Position numbers and translations under genes: made by a program. A stretch of 64,000 nt of DNA from Amoebophrya sp. A120 (lineage: Eukaryota; Protista; Dinoflagellata). Positions 22,720 to 35,800 of this stretch are shown here, piece by piece. Every line of letters starts with the position of its first letter. Within the stretch, counting starts at the first letter, position 1. The stretch is from the NCBI GenBank assembly GCA_905178155.1, contig CAJINV010000011.1, positions 3,561,077-3,625,076 on the forward strand, written 5' to 3'. The notes beneath the pieces are model-generated. The model was not told where the DNA came from, did not search any database, and saw nothing but the letters and a program-made list of their open reading frames with translations.

Positions 22720-23802
22720 CGACACAAACCATGATGAAAAAGACCTTTATTACAGATAGAGAAGAGGACGTCAATTGATAATAACTTGTAACGACCACAA
22801 GGTCGAGAAAATGAAAACCAAAAAGAACGCACGACAAGCGACACACAAAAAGATGAACGCGACTTGTTGACGTAATTCTCTTTCTTGCAGCTGCTCTCGA
22901 CCGCCGGTCAGAGCGTCGTTATACACGACAGGAATGTTTTATTTGTGTCGCGTAAGAAAGTGTATTGCTATTCTTGGATGGCTCTTCATCCGGTGCGTGT
23001 CCTTTTTCGTGTTTGTTGATATTCGGTCCTCTTCCACAGCTTCGGAGACGTACGTTGATAAAGCTACAGTACTGGATCAGTGGCTTCTCCTGGCTTTTTT
23101 AAAAAGAAGCAAAGGATGAAACAAGATCTCTTTGTGCTGGTGTAGTTTCTTTCCTCTTGTTCGACGAGGATCTCTTTTGTTTATCATTCACCGAACAACT
23201 TCAACGGGTATCTATCTCTATGATTTTCCACCCCGTTGCTCAATATATAAAGTGGATCTGGATGAACTTTTGGTAAAAATCTTTGTCGTTTTTTTTCTTT
23301 GGTAACGTACCCAATCCAACTTATCAAGAAGTAGACATAGCCGAGGAACACCGAGATTTGTTCGCAAGTATTGATTTAGAGAAAGCAAAAACCAAGTCTA
23401 ATTATTGATTCTTCGCGTTGGTCGCAAGACTACTACACGGTTTTCTTGAGAATACAGACGTATTGGATCTTTGACTTTGTACTACTATCATCTTGGCGGT
23501 TTTTTATTTCCTCGTCGGTGAACTGCTTTGCCGTAGTCTTCACCTACTTATTTTACAGGATTTTTTTCTTCCGAACGCTGAACGTCGAACGTTGAATCGT
23601 CTTTCAAGAGAACTCTACTGCCCTCCTGGCCCTCGTATGGTCCTGTGTGTTGTTTATTTCCTGGATTTTCTTTTGCTGCTCCTCGTCCTGTTGTCTTCGA
23701 AAAGAAGAATCTTGCTCTTCACTCCGGTCCTGAGACAACTTGTTGAACAAAGCCACAAAGAACCAAAACATAAACACTAACACCTCTATAAAGATCCTCT
23801 CG

Positions 23803-26800
23803 ATGGATCGCGACGCGTCCGTGCAGTTTCTGAACGGTTCTTGCCGGGTGGAAAGTTCGATGTCGCTCGCGAAAGTGGATCAACCACCCTCTTCCCCGGA
23901 TGACACCTGTTCGGACGGGAAAAACAGTTCCCGGAGCCGAAGCCATATGCACGTACAAAAGTATCGTACTAGTTCTAGCAAAGATGTAAAGATGGTAGGA
24001 CAAATTTCTTCAGCATGATGAAGCACGCAATTTATTTGTAATGCGGATTCACTTTTTCTTTTAAGAATAGGGTTTGTAATGCATATTTCCTACGACTACT
24101 ACCCTACGCGTACGATACTCATACTTTTCCACTGTACAAGTCACCCCAGTACCCCGGGCCGCGGCGGGGTAGTTTGCCGTAATGGAGTGCAGCAGGAGGA
24201 GAAGGATGCGATAATTCCGATTCGGGGGACGATGACGACCACAGAGCTACAGGTGCTGGACCATGTAGTTGATCCGCATGAAACAACATTCAATCGAATA
24301 AATGCAGCTGCCATCAACCATAAGTATAATTTCTACAACGGTCGTCGTTATGATTATGAAGGAGAAGGACCAGGAGGACGACGTGAGGCAGTAGACGCAG
24401 AGTACTCCTACGAAACGGAAAAAAATCAAAATGTTGGAACAAGTGCTGAAAGTTGTTGGGACATAATAAACCAAGCGACTTTACTGCCCGCTAGTAAAAC
24501 GCAGCGACATGAAGAGCTGACTCTGGTGGTCTCAGAAGATGAACGAGATTATGATTATCATTATGATTATGGTTATATCGCGGACGATCACAAGAGCATG
24601 GGACCACGAGCTCGCGCGTTTCCAGCTTCATCTTCCGAAGACGGGGTGGATGCTCATGCAAAACAGCAAGTGCGACCACAAGGGGAGCATGAGCATGACC
24701 AGCATCTGCATTATGATGCTCCTTCTTCCAACGGTAGAAACTGGAAAAGTGAAACTGCAAACCAGGAGTCTTCATCCTCTGAATCACAGAAGAACCCCGG
24801 ACAACTAGCGGAACATGTCGGAAGTAGACCGAGAATTATAAAGACTGCGGATCGAAGCTGTAAAACTAAAAGTGCCTTTCTTACTGAGGAAATTGCGTTG
24901 TGCGAACAAAACGGCAGGATTTCCAGTGCCACTCCTGAATTCGGTCAGAACATCAACTACGAAGAAGTACTTCTGAACCGGCTGCACGGGGGGCGACACC
25001 AGACAGTGCACAGCGTCGAGCCGCCAAAGCTACGGCACGACAACTTATTATACACGACCTGCAAGAACCAGAATCCTGGAGTTCTTTCAGCCTTGGAGCA
25101 GAAGGTCCTATTTCGGGAACCACCAGGCGACTTCGATGTTGCAGTTGCACGCGAGGGCGGGGCGCAAGAAGACAGGCGAGTCAAAGATGAACGGGATGAA
25201 CAAATGTCATACGATCAAGTAGTTCAAGAAGATCACGTTAATATTGACTACCCTGTTCTACTTGACACGGTCTGCAAGAACTCCACCTCCATGACGAGCG
25301 GCGCTGCTGAAGTAGAAGTCGTGAAGAAGAAGACGACACAAAAAAATACGACAACCGGTGGGCAGAACAACAAGATAAAGATTGATGACCACGAGGATGG
25401 AATAAGGAGTAGCAGCTCTCGTCTATTGTCATGCTCCTGGCGGCCTTCCAGTGGGTCCACGTCCAACAATCACGTGAAGAACTATCTGGTCCCCACAATT
25501 AGTTTCAGTTCCTCAGAACATCAAAGCGAAATAGACGGTTCATCTCGACGAGAAGTACATGTGGACCAGCACCAGCAGCAGCCGCCCGACGAGGCCGAGG
25601 CTTCTCGTAGGTCCTCGTCTGACCAGCATTTGTACAATATTAAGGCCTCCCACGATCTTCGTCCACGGCAGAGCACCTCCTCCAGGGGAACATTTGATAG
25701 TATGAATTTCTACTATAATTATACCCCACATGAAGTCGAAGTAGACGTAGACCTATACCCCGCTCGGCGTGCAGCACACCTAAACGACGAAGACAGTAGA
25801 GCAACTGGTAGTGAAAGGGATCTACTTATGAATTGCAAAAGTTTATCGTACTCGTATAAATGCATATACAAATTTCCTGCTCAGCATGAGAAATTTGTAG
25901 TGCGGATTTACCTTTAAAAAAAGATTGCAAAGCTTGCATTTATACGAGTGCGATACTTTTGCACAGGATAGATCTCTTGTTTGTTCGTGAGGCCAGTGCG
26001 GCGGATATGACAATGCACAACTCCCCTTCGTGGTCCCCCTCATTTGCGTAGCACGAGCGGCAATACAAATGGTACTTAGCAGGCATGCAGGTTTTGCATG
26101 ACAAGTTTGCACCACAGGAATGTAGTGCTATATTGGACTGCCAAAACTTGTCATCCAAAAACTGGGGGGGGGAGGAGTTGTGCACTGTCATAGCGGAGGG
26201 GGAGGGGCGAACGGAGGGTCGGACTACCAACTCAAGCAGCGCTGAGAGCTATGCATTGCAAAAGTGTAATCGTACTAGTATGAATTGCATGACAAATGTT
26301 TTCTTCTTCATAAACAGAAGTGGTGAAGCTTGGCATGCTAGATCAGGTAGAAAGTGAGATTTGTAATGCTTGCATGACTTCTGCAATGAGAATGAATTAC
26401 TACGAGAACGAGCGCGAAGATGCTTTTGCAGAGCATATTAAGAGCTCCAACGCCGCGCCGACGCTGAACAGCTATCGAAATTCATCGAGGGGTACGGTCA
26501 ACGATCAAATTCCGAATCTAAATGAAAAATACCGCGAGAAGATCTTTTTTGGTCAACATCCGAAAAGTAGTGCCTGTGGAACCTCCAGCCGCGCGCGGTC
26601 ATTGGGACCGGTTGCTGTTAAAAATAACGAGTTGATGTTGAGAACTACGACGACGGCGTGGCATTTCAGGAAAACGAAGAGAAGAAGCTACCATGATGGT
26701 GACCTCCACGCTTTTAATCAAGAAGCGACCTCCCTGAGGACCCAAAAGGAACAGCAGTCGACCCTGTTTGACCCGCGGCCCGGCGCGGCCCACGCGGAAC

Positions 26801-29800
26801 GAAGAGGACTGTCCGTGGTGTCCTCGGAACAGGAACAGCGCTGCGTGCCTTTGACGAAGGGAAGAAGTGATGATAACGGCATCAAGAATTTTTATACTCC
26901 TAGTCCTACCACCACACGGAGGACACGACCGGTGGTACAGCAACTGCGCACGAACAACTATTGCGCATCAAGACCGGGCGGGGGTAATATTAGTGGTAGT
27001 CGCAGTAGAAGTAGTAGTAGTTCTACTTCGTCGACGAAAAAGCTGCACCGTGAGATCTTTTCATCGGAGCTCTTTCCACCCTCCAGAATTGTTCTGCAGA
27101 AAGAAGTGGAGACCACGCGCCGCCTCCGTGCCAACAACAAGTCGCTGTCGCCACGATTTCTGCGCGGCAGTAGACCGAGCACAAACAAGGAAGTAGAAGT
27201 GCTGGGAACAACTTCCGTGCTGTCGAAAAAACACGGAAGGACAACTTCTGCACCCAGGACAAGGAGCACTCCGGCCGTTTATCGTGGTGCAAAAAATTAT
27301 GTTGCCGGAGACGAAGGCGACGACGAGAGCGAGAGCAGCTTGTCCCAGATGCAACCTGGTATAATAAATCGCTTTACCTTTAGCCCGCGGCACTACCGCA
27401 AAGGACCACCCCGAGCAGGCGCTTTCAAAGGAACCACCGCGAGCCTCACAGAAACAGCTCCTGATGAAGACGTCGGGGCTTCTTTATTGCTGGGGAACAA
27501 GAATAAGAAAAACAGCAGAAACAACTACAGCTGGTGCGAAGATTATAACCCGGATCCATGGACGAGCAGCGGATCTACTATCTCGGAGGGTCGTGCAGCA
27601 GCCGCGTTGGAGGACGTATGGGACGTCGTAATGCAGGGCCAGGAAACGCCGGAGGATCCGCAGCCGCACTTAGATGAACATGAATCAGAATCCGAACAAG
27701 GGTCCTCTACTTCAGGAACAAGTGAAGTCCCCAGCTTGAAAAGCGAAAAGCGGAAGAGAAGGAAACGCAAGAGGAAATCACACCAGGATCAGGATGTTGA
27801 ACAGGCGGAAAGCGAAAGCGAACCTCTTCAGGTACAACTATTGGAGCAAGAAGGAGAGGAGAAAAAGTGCTGCGCCTGTTGCGGGAAGTGCTTGGTTGTT
27901 TTCTTCCTTCTTTTTACTGCCGTCGCATTCCTGGAACTTGCCACGGTGAACAACTGGTTCAACCGCCCGTTTCCAGGGGGTTATGCATTGCAAAAATGTA
28001 GTCTGGGTTTAGAAGAATGTAGGACTTGTCATGCTTGTCTGGCATGACTCTTAGATCTGTGATGCGTAAGCAGGAATGGGGCCTCTTGCCTGTCATGCAA
28101 AAACGCAGTTTGCGTTTGCCATGCGGAAAGTGTAGCACTTTTTTGGCTCAAGCAGAAGCGTAACACTAGCGGGCACGCCAGCCCCCGCTCGTTGCTGCCT
28201 ATGCAGTCGAGTTCAACTCAGTCGCGAGACCGTATTTGTGTTCGGCGGACGATTCAGGGCCTGCTGGTCCTCACGCGTTCTGCAACAAAAGCAAAGCGGT
28301 GGGCACAAGAAGGAAGATCGAAGGGCGTGGGGTCATTATGTATGAAGGGGATTGCCGGTCACCCTTGAGTGGTAAGTTCCGAGGCGATTCCGGTTTACGA
28401 TTCCAGTCCCCCCTCCCACCCTTTGCTTCTGTTGCAGAACAGGGCTGCACTACGACTGCCACGCACAAACTAAGCTTTAAGTTGTCGCTGTGCCCCAGGT
28501 GGGTTGCCAGTCAGCAGCGCCAGACAACTGGCCGATGGTTTGACAACTGTGGTCCGTGCACTTGCCCTGCTCGCCTGTGCCGCAGGTAAGGCACAAATGG
28601 TCCAGCCTCCCCTGTCCGGGTGGGGTTGCGGCTTAAGGGAGAGTCTCGCCCCTTAACCCTAAGGGGTGCGTCGTCTCTTCCGTGAGAACAAAAACATATG
28701 GCGTAAAATGGGTCGGGTCCTGGATCGTTCTGTATGTTGGGCTGTCGCGCTCGGCTAGCTGGCCGGGCTGTACTGATCAAGGGTGGTGGGTAGCTCCCGA
28801 CTGGTTGGTACTTTTCTTGGGGCGACTTGCCGTGGTAGCGCTCGGCTTTTGTATGATGAGGTCGCCGAAAGTGCTTCCTCGCCCACCCCCCGGGGAGGGG
28901 ATCCTTGACCTGTGGCGCTGGGAGCGGGTGTCCACTACATGATGATGATGATGCGGAAAACGAAACACATGGCATTAAAAAAACTTGTCATGCTTGGCTG
29001 CATATTGTACGTAGTGCGCTCACCATTCAGAGATGATTTGCATCGCAAGTTTCCAGACCCAGACATATTTGCAAGCCATAGGGGTCACTACCACCCGATT
29101 CGGAACCGAAATGACTACAACAACGAAGGTAAAGGTATACTTCTTTCAGTTGGAGTAGGACTTCATTTCTCGGAAGTGTTTGATGATGCACAAACTACGA
29201 CGCTATGGTGCTGTGCTGTAAGTAAATCGAAACTGCTTGATAAAATAAATGCGAATGCAAATGATCATTTAATTACAGATTACCCGTTGCCAGTCGTCAG
29301 TGACGCTGACACAAATCAAGAAGGCGCTCTAAAAACTACGCACGGCCAGAAACAACAACGGCGGCCTTGGTCAACAGCTGCTGGAAGTTCGGGCTCGACA
29401 CCGCTCCTGCCACGCGACGTCCTCGAGCAGAATGTTCCGTCGCACGGTTCTCGTCGAAAAAGCGCTGGTGAACAAGGTACCACAGCAGAGCATCGTCAAG
29501 CGAAAAATATTAATAAACCCTCCCCCCGCAAGAAGAACATCTCGTTTCTCGACCGCGCAAAGCAGGCGGAGTACGCGTCGCAGATCGCGTGGAATATGAA
29601 CCTCGCCACGGAAACCAGTGGGCCAGAATCCGTGCTGCCGCAGACGGATCGGAAGCACTTTGAGTTCATCGTCGGCAACCTGGAGCGTTCGCGCCTGGAC
29701 TGGCACAGCCGCAGCGGGTGGGCCTTTTTGGCACAGCACGTGGAGTATGCATTGCAAAAGTATCGTACTCGTATAAATGCATTACACATTTCCCCAGCAT

Positions 29801-32800
29801 GAGAAATGAAATTTGTAATGCGGATTTACCTTAAGAACAAGATTTGTAATGCAAGGCCCGCATGTGTACGATTGCGATACTTTTGCACAGGATATGGAGC
29901 CGGGGCGGACGATCTTGTGGCTGATTTTCCGCGGCACCATCACGCAGAAGGAATGGTTCTTATCCTGTGCAAAAGTATCGTATTCGTATAAATGCAAGTC
30001 TTGCATTACAAATTTTTTTCTCAAGGTAAATCCGCATTACAGATTTTATTTCTCATGCTGGGAAAATTTGTCATGCATTTTTTTTACGAGTACGATACTT
30101 TTGCAGTTCATAGTTCTACGACATCAGCAATCACGACCCCGCCGAAGGCATGCCGGTCTTCGAGGTACCGCTGGAAGTAGATGAGCTAGTGCAGCTTATC
30201 CTGAGTAAAAACGGACCCACACCAGAGTCAGGATGAGGATTTTGCAACACAAACCTAGGAGTTTTGGGAGTCACGCATGACAAGTTGCACTATGCAGTGT
30301 AGTGCAGGTTAGCAAGTGCAGCCGCATCACAGATTCATCTGCTCATCCTGTTCACAGCATCACAAATTCCAAAACACGATTGGAAATGGCTCTCATGGGG
30401 ATGCGCATTACAAGTCTTCCTGTCTTTGCAAATCTGCATTACAACTCTGGCGTGGGTAGGTTTTTACTCAGGATACAGCTTGAGGACGACGAGGATCTCG
30501 GTCGTGCACGACAGGAGCAGGAGCACGAGCCGCAGCTCTTGAAGAAGAGCATTATGGGCGAGGAGGTGGAACATCAAGGGGGCGAGGAGGGAAGACGAAG
30601 TAGAGAACAAGCTGAAGCTAGTAGTACTTCTGCTAGAAAAAATAGAAACCAACAAGAGGACGGCGATCATGACAACCACACACAAGCAGCACAACAACAT
30701 CTGAATAATGCCGCGAGAGGGGGCGGCGGAGCACCTGCACCGGTTTCAACAAACGGCGCAGAAGGAGCAAGTGGTAGAGGTGCTGTCGGCGGAGAGGTGG
30801 ACCCCTCCGATTTAGAAGAAGACAACGAGCAAGGTATTCAACTTCAAACGTCGGAAGGACCCTCGACGCAATCCACGGGGTGGCAGACGTTCGCGCGGAC
30901 CAGGAGAGAGGGAAGGAGACGGACGCGCGTGTTGACCAGCACAAGTAGTCCGAGTAATAATTTATTTCCACCATCTTCTGGTTCTCCTGGTCCTGCTGCA
31001 CCTCCGCGAGGTGGCGGGCAAGAACGGCAACTGAGCAACGGAAGTTCGAGTTATACCAAAGGCACGATGGGTTCTTCAACAACCAGGAAGGTCTTTTCAT
31101 CCTCATCTTCCCAGGGCGGGGCGGAGGAGGTCAACACATTACTAGAGAGTGCTGACAAGTCGTCGGTGAAGGTAGGTGTGGGGCGCGGGTTATTCCGAGT
31201 AAAAACGTCCCCACCCCAGAGTTGTCATGCAAATATGCGTGCCAAAAAAGTTTCTCATGCAGAGCGCCATAAGAAGCATTTTCTTCTCGTGTTTTGGAGT
31301 CTGTGATGATAGAATTAGCATGATATGCTAGATCTGTGATGCTGCGGACCTGCTAGCTAAACAGGATTACACTATGAGGGCAAACTTGTCATGCGAAACA
31401 ACAAAAGCTAGTTGATTTGTCTAGCAGATTTCCCATCTTGTTCTTGACCCTGGTGTGGTTATGTTTTTGCTCAGGATACGGGTTTGTGCGGAAACTACTC
31501 TCCGTGATGCAGAACATGCAGAACGGGTACAACACGGTTATGGGGCCCTGGGCCAGCCACTACAGCAAGTCGGAAGTAGTGGACAAGATGCCAACTCCCG
31601 GCGAACAGCAGGAGCGAGGCGACGAACCGAATTCCCCGGCGCCCGGAGCAGGGAGGCGTGGGTTGTTCCGAGCGGGGGTCCAGTACACGCCAGCAACCCA
31701 CCACCCCGCAAATAATAACGCGCCCCCCAACAACACCCGGTCGACGGCCACGGCCGATGCACTAAGGCAGCTGCAGGACCAATGGAAAAGGCAGGAAACG
31801 CCGCAAAGCTGGCCCGACCTGCAGTTCATGGCGAAGGCCCACGGTGTATCCTGAGTAAAAACGTACCCACACCAGAGTCAAGTTGGGGATTTTGCAACAC
31901 AAACCTAGGACTTTTTGGAGTCACGCATGACAAGTTGCACTCCGTAGTGTAGTGCAGGTTAGCAAGTGCAGCTGCGTCACAGATCCGTCTGCTTATCCTG
32001 TTCATAGCATCACAAATTCCAAAACACGACTGAAAATGTCTACCGTGTGTATGCGCATCACAAATGTCCTTGTCATTGCAAATCTGCATGACAACTCTGG
32101 GGTGGGAACGTTTTTCCTCAGGATACGGTGAGGGAGTGAGCGGAGGTGGATGTGGGGGATGTTCATCTCCGGCGGCCGAAGAGGATATGAGAGCCTCAGA
32201 ATGGAAATCCTCAAAGTGGAAATAATTTGTGATGCATGAAATGCGACGCAAAAAGCCCTGTATTGCAGAGGACGCAATGGAGGCCGACTATTGTCCTCCG
32301 AGGGTTGAAGAATTGGGGTGCTGTTTAGCACGAGAGAACGGCACCCCTTTGCCTTAACCTGCATGACAGACATGCTTTAAGTGCCCGGGAAATTTGTCAT
32401 GCATCGACTACAAATGGCTCTTCCACTGGAGTCGTTTTTTTGCATTACAAATCATTTTCACTTTGGGGATTTGCAACCTGAGGCTTTCATAGAGGAGGAC
32501 CACGAGATTATGTCAGGCCCATATTCTCTTTCTCCCGCTGCACGACGCCCGAAATTTTTTGGCAAAAATCAGAATCAAGGCACTCCTGCTAGTGCGAAGA
32601 ACGACCAAAAGGAACAGAATAAGGAAATGAAGCCGGGTCACTACATTCTGAAAGTGCTGCAAGTGTACATGAGCTTTCGGAAGCTGCAGCAATTTGATTC
32701 CGTCACCATCGTCGGTCACAGCCTCGGCGGCGCGTGTATGGCGTTCTCAAGCGTTACATTCTCAACTGTTACATGATTTGTCATGCAGAATGAGCATCAA

Positions 32801-35800
32801 CGTCCACACGCATGACAAATTTTTGAAGGGCTAAACAGCATGGGAATCTGCGCCAAATTTGTAATGCAAGAGTTGCAAGATCCGCCCTTTCCCTGTTGCC
32901 ATTCTTGCATGACAAATCCATGTAACAGTTGAGAATGTAACAATTGAGAATCCCATAGCGTGCGCGCTGATGACGCACGCATTTGCCTGGCTCAGTCGGG
33001 ATCTGCCGGAGAAAGTCCGATATCAAATGTAAAAATGTCTGGGTCTGGAAGATTGCAACTTGTCATGCTAAATCTGCAGCATGCAAAAATCTGTGTTGCA
33101 TGATTACCAAAAGTCGTCCAGTTTTGACCAAGTCGGGAGGTAGTTTCTCATGCAGGATAGGCATTAATAAGGTCTCGCAGAATCTGTCATGCTAGGTCCT
33201 GCATTCCAGACCTCATGGGTCATGGAAAAGCAGCATGACAAGTCTCGAACTCTTCCAGACCCAGACACTTTTACATTTGATATCCAACCGGATCAAGAAC
33301 TACAGCCGGTGCTAGTATCAAATGTAAAAATGTCTGGGTCTGGAAGGTTGGAACTTGTCATGCTAAATCTGAAGCATGCAAAAATCTGTGTTGCATGATT
33401 ACCAAAAGTCGTCCAGTTTTGACCAAGTCGGGAGGGAGTTTCTCATGCAGGATAGGCATGAGAGAGATCGCACAGAGTCTGTCATGCTAGGTCCTGCATC
33501 CCAGACCTCCAGGGTCATGGAAAAGCTGCATGACAAATCGCGCAATCTTCCAGACCCAGACATTTTTGCATTTGATAGCTAGCGCAGCAGTACTACTCGG
33601 AATGGTCCACCACAGGAAGCAAATCGAGCACCGACAGGCTAAATGCACTTGTTCTCGGCAGTAGTACTACTACACAATCTCCGGTGGTAGAAGTTGTAGA
33701 GCCGGGAATAAATACAAATACGGTGCAGCGTCAGCAGATCGGCGCAACCGTGCGGATTATGCGAGAGAATACCACGACCGGGGATGTGCAGGTGATGCAG
33801 GTTCCAGTGCCGCAGCCCGATCAGGCCCTGTTTCCGCAACAAGATAGCCTCACGTCCTTATCGGGGTTATTTCCGTTGCAGAGCATCCGGGAAGCAGATG
33901 AGGCGGGCAAGGGAAACGGAACGTCGCAGCCGCGGCAGCAGGTCGTGCATGAGTGCTTTTGAATTTATTATCGTCAATATGGTTTTCTTTTTTTGATGAT
34001 GATGATGTGTTGTTCATCGTGGCAAGAACTTTTTCCTCCTACCTGCGTAGGAGTAAGAGAAGCGGTCCTCCTCGCGTTTGAAGCATGTGAAAAATGTGAG
34101 ACGACGAGGAGGGAGGACAGACAGGATTTTACTCGCCCGCACAGAAACATGATTGAGACAAATATGAAAAAAATCAGGCAGCCGCGCGACTGCCAGAGGA
34201 TAATGGTGGCCGCCGAGGTACTAGCAAAGCGTCTGGTAGCGCTGCGCAGCTCGTGCGGCGGAATAGCAAAGAAAAGCCTGGTATGCATATCAAATATGTC
34301 TGGAGCTTTCTGTGGAGCACTGAATGAAACTTGTCATGCGAAGTCTCGGTTGTGAAAAAGTCTGTGTTGCACGGTTACCAAAAGTTGTCCACCTTTGACC
34401 AATTTCCGAGGAAGTTTATCATGCAGGATGGGCAAGAGAACGATCTCGTCCCAGAATCCGTCATGCTATGTCGTGCACACCAGACCTCATGGGTCGTGGA
34501 AAACGTGCATGACAAGTCTTGCAATCTTCTTCCAGACCCAGACGCAGACATATTTGCATTGGATACAACCTGGTAGCGGCCCCCTCCTGGGTTTCTCATC
34601 GCGGAACCGGTTGGCCAGCGTCGCCAGCATGGGAAATTTTCGACCCCCCGTAGACGAAACGGGGGCGCGCCTGGACCACGAGTCGCCGGAGTACCTCTTC
34701 TACGAGTTTTGGCGACACATGAAGGACCTGGAGCGGTTGTGGCGGTCCGTGTTGGGGCGCACTCGGCACCAAGACAAGGAGCAGGCAGTCAAGTTGTTTC
34801 ACACCTTTGCCCACTCGCCGGCACCACCTTTTCAAATCATGAATCAAGGTCTTATTTTTATTCTGACTGCGTCGTTTTTACGCATGAGTATCATGTCTAT
34901 TTGTCTTAAGTTCGCAGACGTTCGTAGTTCTAGTTTCTGTTTGGTCTTCTAGCTGACCACCTACAGTATGACCTCGTGCATTGAATCTGCTCGCATGAAG
35001 CATATTTACATTCTTGTAGTTGGGATTAGTACGCTCACGTTGAAGTTCTGTAAAGTAAGTAACCCAATATGTTGTTGTCTCAACTACCGCCATTATACAC
35101 TCAACTTACATGAAGGTCTGAATGAGCAGGAGGTTACGGATTTCGGAGCTTACATGCAAAAAGCGGACACGTTTTTGCTGCATAACCTGGCACCCCAGTG
35201 GCGCCGGAACGTGGACACAATTGCAAAAGCGCCTCCATTAACATCCGAAAAATACACAGCCTCTGGGTCATCTGGGGCCACGCTTGAGTTCGGTCTTTCC
35301 TCCTTCCGAGAAATGCGGCGCGAAACCAGCATCGGGTCGCAAGTGCGGGCCTTTTTTGACGATGAAGCAGCATCGAGGTCAAAAGATGTAGTTGACACAG
35401 AATTTTTATCTACAACATGCCCAGCGGTGGAGCAGGATCACAATCACAATCGACGTCATCTTCAGTGGTCCCGAGGAGGGCTCGCACTGTGTGCACGACG
35501 ACCCGACGCATCTTCTCCCGATTTATTTCTAGATCCGCCTCAACAACAAGAACCAGAAGACCCACCTAGGGAAGATCCAGCGAACCAAACACGGCCTGAC
35601 CGCGTCCATGGGATCCAGGGAGCAGAAGTTCCTGGTCGTAGTTCCTTATTGGGACGTCGCGTTCAATATGAACCGCAAAAGTATCGCACTCGTATAAATG
35701 CATTACAAATTTTAATTTCGTCAGCGTGAGAAATGAAATTTGTAAGGCAGATTGACCTTAAGAAAAGGATTTGGCATATTATGCATGATTGCAATACGAG

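Larger units (their letters stand above)
27982..29080. mobile_element. TIR introner (B-like), expanded to 1,099 bp by a nested retroposon
   Basis: TATGCATTGCAAAAATGTAGTCTGGG ... CCCAGACATATTTGCAAGCCATA; perfect TSD GGGGT; removal gives FPGG-HYHPIR. Confidence 0.88.

Noticed and set aside
28597-28645. ATGGTCCAGCCTCCCC resembles the HDV ribozyme P2/P3/L3 segment
   Set aside because: I could not form P3, P1 and P2 pairings at the required spacing. An Infernal search would settle it.
28649-28666. CCCTTAACCCTAA resembles a telomerase template within an SL-bearing non-coding RNA
   Set aside because: It is an imperfect match to TTTAGGG or TTAGGG repeats and lies in a hairpin (CCCCTTA-ACCC-TAAGGGG). 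Worth rechecking only if the organism's telomere repeat matches.
33021-33577. CRISPR-like or tandem array (GTCTGGGTCTGGAAG repeats)
   Set aside because: The repeats are inverted ends of two separate elements, each with its own TSD. There is no repeat-spacer periodicity and no cas gene.
2392-34599. Recurring short ORFs with similar peptides (SGSGR..DLSCSFSK, YALQKYR, SCAKVS) that look like a small protein family
   Set aside because: They are chance translations of the introner TIRs in various frames and strands, with no consistent start or stop.
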